DNA of 32,000 nt. It comes from Acaryochloris marina MBIC11017 (GTDB taxonomy: Bacteria > Cyanobacteriota > Cyanobacteriia > Thermosynechococcales > Thermosynechococcaceae). A program made the position numbers and the translations under genes. The stretch covers positions 1,740,001 through 1,772,000 of the forward strand of contig NC_009925.1 of the NCBI RefSeq assembly GCF_000018105.1, in the 5' to 3' direction. Under the pieces are notes generated by a model. That model was not told where the DNA came from, ran no database searches, and worked only from the letters and a program-made list of their open reading frames with translations. Position 1 is the first letter of the stretch. The number at the start of each line of letters is the position of its first letter. Below are positions 8,601-16,277 of the stretch, piece by piece.

Positions 8601-8918
8601 ATGGCTCAATTACAAAACAGTCCGCAACTTCCGCAAATCATCGATCTACCATCAGACTTATTTGTTGAATTATCTGATCCAGAACAGGAGACCATTTCAG
8701 CTGGATTTGGCTTAACCTATCTCTATTTTGAGCAGGAAATCATTTCGTCGTCATCGTCCAATACGACGGAAATTGACAATCTATCTCCTGGCTCCGGTAG
8801 CGGTCGTACCTCTCAGCAAGCCAACTATGATTCGAAACGCACTACGTTTGCCTTCGGCGGATTAATTCCCATTCGTTCGGTTTCTTCGTTTATTGCCTCC
8901 ATTCTCAAATTGTTTTAG
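8601..8918 (+). CDS. Divergent leader-peptide precursor (AG cleavage motif, C-terminal hydrophobic tail)
   Basis: 105 aa. It has a strong SD, AGGAG at 8589-8593, 7 nt before the ATG. LFVELSDPEQETISAG resembles the other leaders. The core keeps a family-like TTFAFGG end motif and adds the 22-aa tail LIPIRSVSSFIASILKLF. Confidence 0.7.
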   Translation: MAQLQNSPQLPQIIDLPSDLFVELSDPEQETISAGFGLTYLYFEQEIISSSSSNTTEIDNLSPGSGSGRTSQQANYDSKRTTFAFGGLIPIRSVSSFIASILKLF

Positions 8919-8999
8919 CGGGGTCGCGCTGAAGCTGCATCATTGCGTAAATTGGCCCTTCCGGTTGCAAGACTACTTCCCTATTAGATTGAGTTCAAC

Positions 9000-10340
9000 A
9001 TGACTAAGACGCTGGTGACAAATACTGTTTTAAGGCAGGATAGTGGAGAGAGTGACGTTTCATCTCATCAGGTGATCCGATTGGATCGCCCTCTGAGTTC
9101 TTTGAGCACAGGTGAAGCGTCTATATCGTTAGGCCCCATCATGTTGCAGTCTCTTGGACAACTTGTTTACACCAGTTTTCCTAACGTCGGGTTTAGGCAC
9201 TTATCGAGTCCCCACATCCCGCAAGAGATTCAACATGCATTTGTTCATCAAGTAGTCTACTTACGCTGGAACTCGTACAATCCCCCAGCTGCTGACTATC
9301 GGGCGGCCTACCTCTATCAAATTAATACAGACAACACCTTATTCGGGTGGTTGTATGGCGATGCCACCGATGATGTTGGTCGTCATGTTCCCTATTTTAT
9401 TGGCTACCACCTGGCAGAACCGTTGACGGAAGATTATCTAAATAGTATCTATATCTGCCTACAGCGAGGGCCAACAGCGATTTCTAGCAAGGAAGAGCTG
9501 AGTCAGGGGGTTTTAGAAAATATCTCTATTCCCGATATTCGCGGCTATCCCCCTGCCCGGATTGGCGTTGATATCCCCGATGACATTCGCAACTACAGCT
9601 GTACGTTTTTGCAAATGCAAGAGTTGCTGAATATCTTTGTGCCAGCCAGTGAGCGTCAGTCCAGACTTTCCTCCCCGGCTGTCTCCTCTGAAGAAGTAGA
9701 CCTCACCCAATCCCTCTCCAAGCAAAAAACCGTTATTCAGCCCCAGAAAAATCAGCCTGGGACGACGCTTCAACCCCGCAAATCTCAGCCGGCCCAACCT
9801 CAACCGGCCCAGCCTCAGCCGGCCCAGCCTCAGCCGGCCCCTATGAACTATCTAGAGCAAATTCTCTATGAATTAATTGCCAAACCCATTGGGATTCAAA
9901 GCGCATTTTTAGTGTCCATAGAAGGACTACCCATCACCTCTCCCATTGGTATTAGCGAAAATAGTGCCTTGATTATTGCTGGTACTATGCTGTATCTCGC
10001 CAGAAGTACTCACGAAGAATTGCAGTGGCAAGGCATTGAGAAAATTTCGGTCCAGGCCCAAGAAGGATACGTCATTCTAGCGAACTGTACATCAGATATT
10101 TTTCTGCTGGTCAAAGCAGCTAAGGCTTTAACGGGCCTACTAGATGGCGAGATCAACCGCACGATCAAGCGTCTCCAAACGGCCCTCCAAATTGAACATT
10201 TGGATAAAGATACTGAGTTATCTCCAGAAGCCCAGCATGAGTTAGTTACCCAACTTAATTTAGATCAGGCCGCCTCAGACTTCTTAGAGGAATCCACCGA
10301 CAACTTTGACATGCAATATCGGGGCAACTCTATCCAATAG
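9000..10340 (+). CDS. Fusion protein: unknown N-domain, Pro/Gln linker, C-terminal Roadblock/LC7 (MglB-like) domain
   Basis: 446 aa. The C-terminal region (about 9843-10190), FLVSIEGLPITS...ALIIAGTMLYLA...EGYVILANCTSDIFLLVKAAKALTGLL, aligns by eye with MglB-type Roadblock domains. The start is uncertain, with an alternative Met at about 9144. Confidence 0.7.
   Translation: MTKTLVTNTVLRQDSGESDVSSHQVIRLDRPLSSLSTGEASISLGPIMLQSLGQLVYTSFPNVGFRHLSSPHIPQEIQHAFVHQVVYLRWNSYNPPAADYRAAYLYQINTDNTLFGWLYGDATDDVGRHVPYFIGYHLAEPLTEDYLNSIYICLQRGPTAISSKEELSQGVLENISIPDIRGYPPARIGVDIPDDIRNYSCTFLQMQELLNIFVPASERQSRLSSPAVSSEEVDLTQSLSKQKTVIQPQKNQPGTTLQPRKSQPAQPQPAQPQPAQPQPAPMNYLEQILYELIAKPIGIQSAFLVSIEGLPITSPIGISENSALIIAGTMLYLARSTHEELQWQGIEKISVQAQEGYVILANCTSDIFLLVKAAKALTGLLDGEINRTIKRLQTALQIEHLDKDTELSPEAQHELVTQLNLDQAASDFLEESTDNFDMQYRGNSIQ
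9786..9842 (+). repeat. About 3.8 copies of a 15-nt tandem repeat encoding (QPAQP)n
   Basis: The units are CAGCCGGCCCAACCT, CAACCGGCCCAGCCT, CAGCCGGCCCAGCCT and CAGCCGGCCCCT, in frame inside the 446-aa ORF. Confidence 0.9.
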
Positions 10341-10496
10341 AGACTCGCTTCAGCCCTCCATGGGTATCGGTTTTCCCATTACTTTCCTATCTCATCCATA
10401 TCGAATCGTAGCCTCTTGAGGCTTCTATTTTTGGCATTTCATCACATTCAATTTTCTAGTCCCCCCTTTATTTCGAGTCGTTAAACCTTTAAGACC

Positions 10497-11864
10497 ATGA
10501 GCTTATTATTTGGAGATGATCCTAAAACCCTGAATTTGCTGAGCATTGGTGAGCGGGGCGTCGGTAAAACTGTTTTTTTAGTCGGTAGCTATACCGAGTC
10601 AAACCATCGCTACGAAGGAGATCAGCCCCAAAAACGATGGTTTGACTGTGACGATCACGATGCTCACAAAAATATCCAAGGGGTCTTGAACTATATTGCG
10701 CAAACGGGCCATTATCCCCCTCCCACCATGAAGATCGCTGACTTCACCTTTAGCTTGAAGCAGAAACGGCTGTGGGGGACACAAACCCTCTGTCACTTCC
10801 GGTGGTGGGATATGCCCGGAGAAATCTGTGATTTGAACAACCGTCAATTTCAATCGATGGTGTTGAGTTCCCAGGGCTGTTGTGTCTTTATCAATGCTTA
10901 TTCCCTTATTCACGAACCGGCCTATTTAGAATCAGTCAAAGACATGATCGAATTGGTAACTGCGATCGCATCTTTGATCAAACATCACAACCTGCAATAT
11001 CCGATGGCCCTGATCTTCACCCAATGCGATCGTTTAGAGGCAGGCCCCTTAGGCCAATTGCAAATTGAGAAATGTCTAGAACCCCTGATTATTCGCCTAG
11101 AGAATGCCCGCACCAACTATCGACGGTTTTACTCCTCTATCCCGATTGTGCGCATCGACGGCACCCCCGTTCTACGGGCCAGTGGCTCTGCCGATGGCCT
11201 GGTGTGGGTCACCTCTGAACTGTGTAAAGCTCGGTCAGTCCAATCTGGACAAGATTTGGCCACAAGTTTATCCCAAAGTACCTCCCTCGATCATCAATTT
11301 GTCCCCACGGTACGACGCCCCGGCTTTGCACTGGGACTTATTTCGGCTGGCGTGGTTGGCTTCTTAACCGTGGGGTTTGCCCTGACATCCCTCTGGTCTA
11401 CCCAACCTCCCCAACAGGCACAAGCAACCCAAAGAACGCTCCAAGATCACCACAATGTGTTGACCCGAGATCCGAATAATTTAGATTCCCTGATTTCCGT
11501 CTACGACCATTATGTAGAAGTGGGTCAACTGGCTAAAGCGGTGCCGTTATTAGAGAAAATTGTGGCTCAAAAGCCGACCCATCTCGATTTGAAATTCAAC
11601 TTGGCCGACCTCTATGAATTAACCGGAGAAAAGCAAAAAGCAGAAGCGACTTATGATGGGATTCTGACAGCCCAGCCCCAGGATGTTAAAGCCATTGTGG
11701 GGAAAGCAATTCTCAGGGGCGAAGCAGGAGATTTATCCACCGCTCAATCCCTATTTCAGCAGGCCGAAAACATCGCAGCGACTCAAGAGGCCAAAGGCAA
11801 AATTAAAGAGATTGCAGCCCAAACGCTGCAGACACAAGCGCCCGTCAACACCACAACGGAATAA
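10497..11864 (+). CDS. P-loop small-GTPase-like protein with one TM helix and a C-terminal TPR domain
   Basis: 455 aa. G1 is GERGVGKT (10548-10571), G3 is WWDMPGE and the G4-like motif is FTQCD. A hydrophobic helix GFALGLISAGVVGFLTVGFALTSLW lies at about 11320-11400. TPR-like repeats run from LISVYDHYVEVGQLAKAVPLLEKIVAQKP to LFQQAENIA. Confidence 0.7.
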   Translation: MSLLFGDDPKTLNLLSIGERGVGKTVFLVGSYTESNHRYEGDQPQKRWFDCDDHDAHKNIQGVLNYIAQTGHYPPPTMKIADFTFSLKQKRLWGTQTLCHFRWWDMPGEICDLNNRQFQSMVLSSQGCCVFINAYSLIHEPAYLESVKDMIELVTAIASLIKHHNLQYPMALIFTQCDRLEAGPLGQLQIEKCLEPLIIRLENARTNYRRFYSSIPIVRIDGTPVLRASGSADGLVWVTSELCKARSVQSGQDLATSLSQSTSLDHQFVPTVRRPGFALGLISAGVVGFLTVGFALTSLWSTQPPQQAQATQRTLQDHHNVLTRDPNNLDSLISVYDHYVEVGQLAKAVPLLEKIVAQKPTHLDLKFNLADLYELTGEKQKAEATYDGILTAQPQDVKAIVGKAILRGEAGDLSTAQSLFQQAENIAATQEAKGKIKEIAAQTLQTQAPVNTTTE

Positions 11865-12210
11865 GTTCTCTCCGCCTCCATTCAGTATTGAGGATAAGGG
11901 GCTATCCATCGCCCTGCAAACACAGAATATTGCCGATGGGAACGCTTACTCCTGCATCATTTGTTTAATTCCTACGATTTTTGGTACACACTAAAAAAGC
12001 AAAGATTCATCATCTTTTCTGTTGATGGTAATCACAGCGTTTATCGTCGAGACAGGCTATCTTAGGGGCGTTTGGCCTTTCAGGTGATTCAATCTAAGCG
12101 GTTTACCCTTCGGATTGTAGCTCAGACTGAGCGGTCCCCAAGGGTAAAGCCCCCACCCTCTTGAGTTCTCAAGCCAACTATCCTCAAAATAATCGTGGAG
12201 AAAGCATCTT

Positions 12211-12555
12211 ATGTCCTGGAGAAAAATTGTTGAGATCCTAGCTGGTGGACTCGCAGGATATTTGTTAGGGAAATACGCCAGTCTAGCCTTATACACCACC
12301 GTCGTTGGCCCGATCAAACTCGGCAATACAGGTCTCTTTCCAATTCTTATCTCTACGGTACTCGGATTAATTTTTTGTCTTATTCCTTTACTCCTCGGCA
12401 ATGGCTTATTGCTGTCGTTCCTACCGAAGGTAGGGCTCTGGTCAACGGGAATCTCGGTGGTGATGAGTTTATATACGTTGGCCCTGGTGATCATTGCCAT
12501 CGCCTTTGGCGTTTTTGGTAATAATTCGCCTTTGCCTTTGCCATTCTGGTTATAA
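12211..12555 (+). CDS. Small integral membrane protein (about 4 TM)
   Basis: 114 aa and very hydrophobic, with helix-length segments. GGAG lies 10 nt upstream of the ATG. It is preferred over the overlapping antisense 147-aa ORF, which is Arg/Pro-rich and unprotein-like. Confidence 0.55.
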   Translation: MSWRKIVEILAGGLAGYLLGKYASLALYTTVVGPIKLGNTGLFPILISTVLGLIFCLIPLLLGNGLLLSFLPKVGLWSTGISVVMSLYTLALVIIAIAFGVFGNNSPLPLPFWL

Positions 12556-12663
12556 TTCTCTTCAATTTAGGGCTGGGGCTCAGCCCTTGCTGTAACCCCC
12601 GAGTATCAGGGGCTGAACATCAATGTTTTAGGATAGGGGTATCAACACGCCAGCGCTAACGCT

Positions 12664-13041
12664 ATGGAAGATTCTCGCGACGTTTTAGAAAATAGAACTT
12701 TAAAGCGTCTTTTTCTATTCATTTATTTGGTCCCTGTGTTTGGCGTCGTCCCGGCCCTCTGGACCCTCAGTCGACGAGATAGCGATCGCAAACAGCGAGA
12801 AGTGAGCCGAGTCGCCACTTTAATTGGCTTGGCCTGGCTGATCGGCACCCTACTTCTGACATCCGGGGTCGCCGTTACTAGCGGTGAGAATGCCCAGAGT
12901 ATGGGGATTTCGCAATTATTGTTCAACAGCTTATTTACATCCAGCTATTTTCTCAGCAACCTTTGGCTGATGGTGCGAGTTTGGCGACGTCAGTCCCTTG
13001 ACCTTCCAGGACTAAAACGCATTACTAAATATTTACCCTAA
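12664..13041 (+). CDS. Small membrane protein (about 3 TM)
   Basis: 125 aa with hydrophobic helices. Its stop (13039-13041) is 2 nt before the ATG of the following GTPase gene, which suggests translational coupling. Confidence 0.65.
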   Translation: MEDSRDVLENRTLKRLFLFIYLVPVFGVVPALWTLSRRDSDRKQREVSRVATLIGLAWLIGTLLLTSGVAVTSGENAQSMGISQLLFNSLFTSSYFLSNLWLMVRVWRRQSLDLPGLKRITKYLP

Positions 13042-13043
13042 CG

Positions 13044-14594
13044 ATGGCCTGGCCCCGCCTCCTTATTCTGCTGTTAGGCCTCGCTATTATTTTGGGGCTG
13101 ATGCTCTGGCTGATCAGCTCACTGCAATGGCTATACGCCCAAGTGGCCCTGACCTCGCCTTTTTTAGCCAACTTACTGGTGTTCTGCCTGATTGCCTTAA
13201 TGGCCGTTCTGATCGGGGTTTTTATCTATTACGGTTGGCAGTTTCGAGGCCGAAAAAAGCCCAGGCAGCGTCCGCCTCAAGTCCCCACGGATAAGGTCGA
13301 TGCCGCTGCCTCCAATCTCCGTGCCGTGCGTCGTCAGATTCAGCAGATCCAAGACGAAGTCACCCGCCAAGCCCTACTGAAAGAAACGCGGCAAATGGCG
13401 AAGACCTTTACCCGCCGGGAACTCAAAATCGTCGTCTTTGGCACGGGGTCCGCAGGCAAGACCTCTTTGGTCAATGGGATTTTAGGACAAATGGTGGGGG
13501 AAGTCGGCGCAACCATCGGCACCACAGCAGTGGGACAAACCTTTCGCTGTCAGCTACGCAGTGTTGATCAGGCGTTACTGGTTACGGATACCCCAGGATT
13601 ATCTGAACCGGGCGTTGCCGGTACCGAGCGAGAACAGGCTGCCCGGAAGCTAGCAACAGAGGCCGATTTACTGCTGTTTGTGGTTGATGGTGATTTAACC
13701 CAGTCTGAATATCAGCCCCTAAGGGCCTTGGGCCGAATGGGTAAACGGTCTTTGTTAGTGTTCAATAAAACAGATTGCTATACCCAAACCGACCAAGACC
13801 TGATTCAGCAACGCCTGCATGAGCGCGTCCAGAACTGGATTCAGCCGGAAGACGTGGTTGCGATCGCAGCCCGTCCCCAACCCGTCCGATTAGCCTCTGG
13901 GGAAATCCTGGAACCGGAGCCAGACCTCAAAGCGCTTCTCCAACGCATCTCTCGAATTCTGCGGCAAGAGGGAGAGGACTTATTTGCCGATAATATTCTG
14001 CTTCAATCCCAACGTTTAGGGGCAGAAGCTCGACAGCAGATCGATCAAGAACGTCGTCAGCAAGCCGACCAAATTGTCGATCGGTTTCAATGGATAGGTG
14101 CTGGCGTGATTTGGGTCACCCCGGTCCCCGTCATTGATTTGCTAGCAACCGCTGCCGTCAACACCCAAATGGTGATTGAGATTGCCAAAATTTATGGCTG
14201 CGATCTGACCCTCGATCGAGCCAAAGATTTGGCCCTCTCCCTCGCGAAGACCATGGTCAGTTTGGGCATAGTCAAAGGTGCGATTGAAGTCTTTGCCCGG
14301 GCCTTGCAATTTAGTGTGGTGGGATTTGTCGTCGGTAAAACCATTCAAAGCGTGGGAGCCGCCTATCTAACGCGAATCGCGGGTAAGAGCTTTATTGAAT
14401 ATTTTCGCAACGATCAAGAGTGGGGAGATGGCGGTATGACAGAAGTCGTGCAGCGCCAATTTCAGCTCCATCGCCGTGATCGGTTCGTCAAAGCCTTTAT
14501 CCAAGAGGCGATCACCAAACTTCCAGCTGAATTCGGCCGTCGTGTCCAGGAGCAGTTAAGCCCGATTCGTTCTGAGCCTACCGACCATCCTTAA
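13044..14594 (+). CDS. Membrane-associated GTPase with a C-terminal DUF697/YcjF-like domain
   Basis: 516 aa. It has two N-terminal TM helices, G1 GTGSAGKTS, G3 DTPGL and G4 NKTD. The C-terminal hydrophobic region PVPVIDLLATAAVNTQMVIEIAKIYG is typical of DUF697, recognised from memory. Confidence 0.8.
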   Translation: MAWPRLLILLLGLAIILGLMLWLISSLQWLYAQVALTSPFLANLLVFCLIALMAVLIGVFIYYGWQFRGRKKPRQRPPQVPTDKVDAAASNLRAVRRQIQQIQDEVTRQALLKETRQMAKTFTRRELKIVVFGTGSAGKTSLVNGILGQMVGEVGATIGTTAVGQTFRCQLRSVDQALLVTDTPGLSEPGVAGTEREQAARKLATEADLLLFVVDGDLTQSEYQPLRALGRMGKRSLLVFNKTDCYTQTDQDLIQQRLHERVQNWIQPEDVVAIAARPQPVRLASGEILEPEPDLKALLQRISRILRQEGEDLFADNILLQSQRLGAEARQQIDQERRQQADQIVDRFQWIGAGVIWVTPVPVIDLLATAAVNTQMVIEIAKIYGCDLTLDRAKDLALSLAKTMVSLGIVKGAIEVFARALQFSVVGFVVGKTIQSVGAAYLTRIAGKSFIEYFRNDQEWGDGGMTEVVQRQFQLHRRDRFVKAFIQEAITKLPAEFGRRVQEQLSPIRSEPTDHP

Positions 14595-14789
14595 CCTACT
14601 TCGCTCAAATTAAACAGGACAAGGTTATCCAGCTTACCCCCCATCCTGGGAAATCCACATTAGAATGGGTTTTATATTCTCTTTATATTCTCCAGTGGAT
14701 CAAGAATTGGGTAATGAGTGCCTCAATGTGAATGCATTTAGATCTAAGTCAGAGTTCCACCTCCTGTCCCGCCACAGCAGCGTCGTCCT

Positions 14790-16157
14790 ATGGAAACATC
14801 TGAAACCTCAAATTTACAAGAACCCGTTGAAGCACAAATTGCAGTCGCGGAACGATCGTTCAACTCCACCATCAAATCCTTGAAACAACGTAGCAGTCGG
14901 AATTGGATCATTGCCGGTGTGGCCCTTATGGGGACAGGGCTGGTGGTCTGGCAATTTTGGCCCAAAGGGGCCAAAACCACGGGTCAACAGGGTCCGCCGC
15001 CGACTTTGGTCAAAGTTCAGACCGTCCAAACCAGTCCAGTCAAGCAAACCTCTGCCTTCCTAGGCACCTTAGAAGCCAAGCAGGGCGTGGTGCTACGCCC
15101 CGAAACAGAAGGACGAGTCACTCAGATTTTTGTCTCATCGGGGTCGAGGGTGTCCCCTGGCCAGCCTATTGTTCAACTCAGTCCCGAGAAATCTCAAGCA
15201 GACTTCGGCGCAGCGGTGGCCAATATCAATGTAGCCACCGCCGCCAGCAGCAATGCCCAAGCCCAACTTCGAGCCGTCCAAGCCGATCGTGCCAGGGCAG
15301 TTGCTGAGCTGGAATTGCAAAATACAGAGTTTCAGCGGACCCAGACCTTGGTCAAACAAGGGGCACTGGCCAAGCAAGTATTGGATCAAGTCCGCCGCGA
15401 CCGCGCCTCTGCCCAAGCGGCTCTCAGAGCAGTAGATGAGCAAATTCGTGCGGCTAAAGCCAACTTAACCCAATCTAGAGCCAGCCTCAATCAAGCCAAA
15501 GCCAGCGCCTTATCGGCTAGAGAAGATGTACAAGATACGCGCATCACAGCCCCCATTGCGGGGATGGTGGGGGATATTCCCATTAAGTTAGGTTCCTTTG
15601 TACAGGCCGGTGACACCCTTACCACCATTATTCAAAATCAAACCCTAGAGATCAATCTCAATATTCCGATTGAGAAGCGCGAGCAGCTCGCAGTGGGATT
15701 ACCAGTCGAACTCAGCCAAGCCCAATCCCAAGACATCCTGGCCCAGGGACGTATCAGTTTCGTCTCACCCACGGTCAATAACGAGAGTCAATCCGTCTTA
15801 GCCAAGGCCACCTTCGCCAACCCCAAAGGGACATTACGGGATGGTCAACGGGTCGAAGCTAACGTGGTTTGGCAAACCCGTCCGGGGGTATTAGTGCCCA
15901 CCACCGCTGTGACACGATTGGGAGGTAAAGCCTTTGTCTTTATTGCTGATCAGCCACAACAACCAGACGGTCAAGTACCTGGGATGGTGGCTCGCCAGCA
16001 ACCCGTTGAGCTAGGCAGCATCCAGGGCAACGACTACCAAGTGTTGGAGGGTATCCAAGCCGGTGAAACCATCGTTATTTCTGGCCTACAAACCATCAGG
16101 GATGGGGCCCAACTGCGCCTTGATGACAACAAATCCAGCGGCAAACCACCCCAGTAA
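14790..16157 (+). CDS. RND efflux periplasmic adaptor (membrane fusion protein)
   Basis: 455 aa. It has an N-terminal TM anchor, Ala/Gln-rich coiled-coil hairpin and an RITAPIAGMVGDI lipoyl-like motif. It lies directly upstream of the RND pump. Confidence 0.88.
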   Translation: METSETSNLQEPVEAQIAVAERSFNSTIKSLKQRSSRNWIIAGVALMGTGLVVWQFWPKGAKTTGQQGPPPTLVKVQTVQTSPVKQTSAFLGTLEAKQGVVLRPETEGRVTQIFVSSGSRVSPGQPIVQLSPEKSQADFGAAVANINVATAASSNAQAQLRAVQADRARAVAELELQNTEFQRTQTLVKQGALAKQVLDQVRRDRASAQAALRAVDEQIRAAKANLTQSRASLNQAKASALSAREDVQDTRITAPIAGMVGDIPIKLGSFVQAGDTLTTIIQNQTLEINLNIPIEKREQLAVGLPVELSQAQSQDILAQGRISFVSPTVNNESQSVLAKATFANPKGTLRDGQRVEANVVWQTRPGVLVPTTAVTRLGGKAFVFIADQPQQPDGQVPGMVARQQPVELGSIQGNDYQVLEGIQAGETIVISGLQTIRDGAQLRLDDNKSSGKPPQ

Positions 16158-16277
16158 GCTGCCTTAGCATTTGCACTGTACTTCACTGATTCGATATTCT
16201 CTCCCATTTAGCCTCTCTCCTTGGCTGTGCCTGCTGATTCCTAGCCTCCCCCCTCGCAACCGTCCTTCCCCCCTCTT

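Noticed and set aside
3277-9842. Possible CRISPR array or diversity-generating retroelement, suggested by the repeated peptide-gene 5' ends and the 15-nt QPAQP repeat.
   Set aside because: The repeats are coding and in frame, with irregular spacing of 507 and 403 bp. There are no cas or reverse-transcriptase genes in the window. Differences between copies are not adenine-specific.
12057-12500. 147-aa minus-strand ORF antisense to the 114-aa membrane ORF.
   Set aside because: It is Arg/Pro/Gly-rich with no helices or motifs. The plus-strand frame gives a coherent polytopic membrane protein with an upstream GGAG. At most one is likely real.
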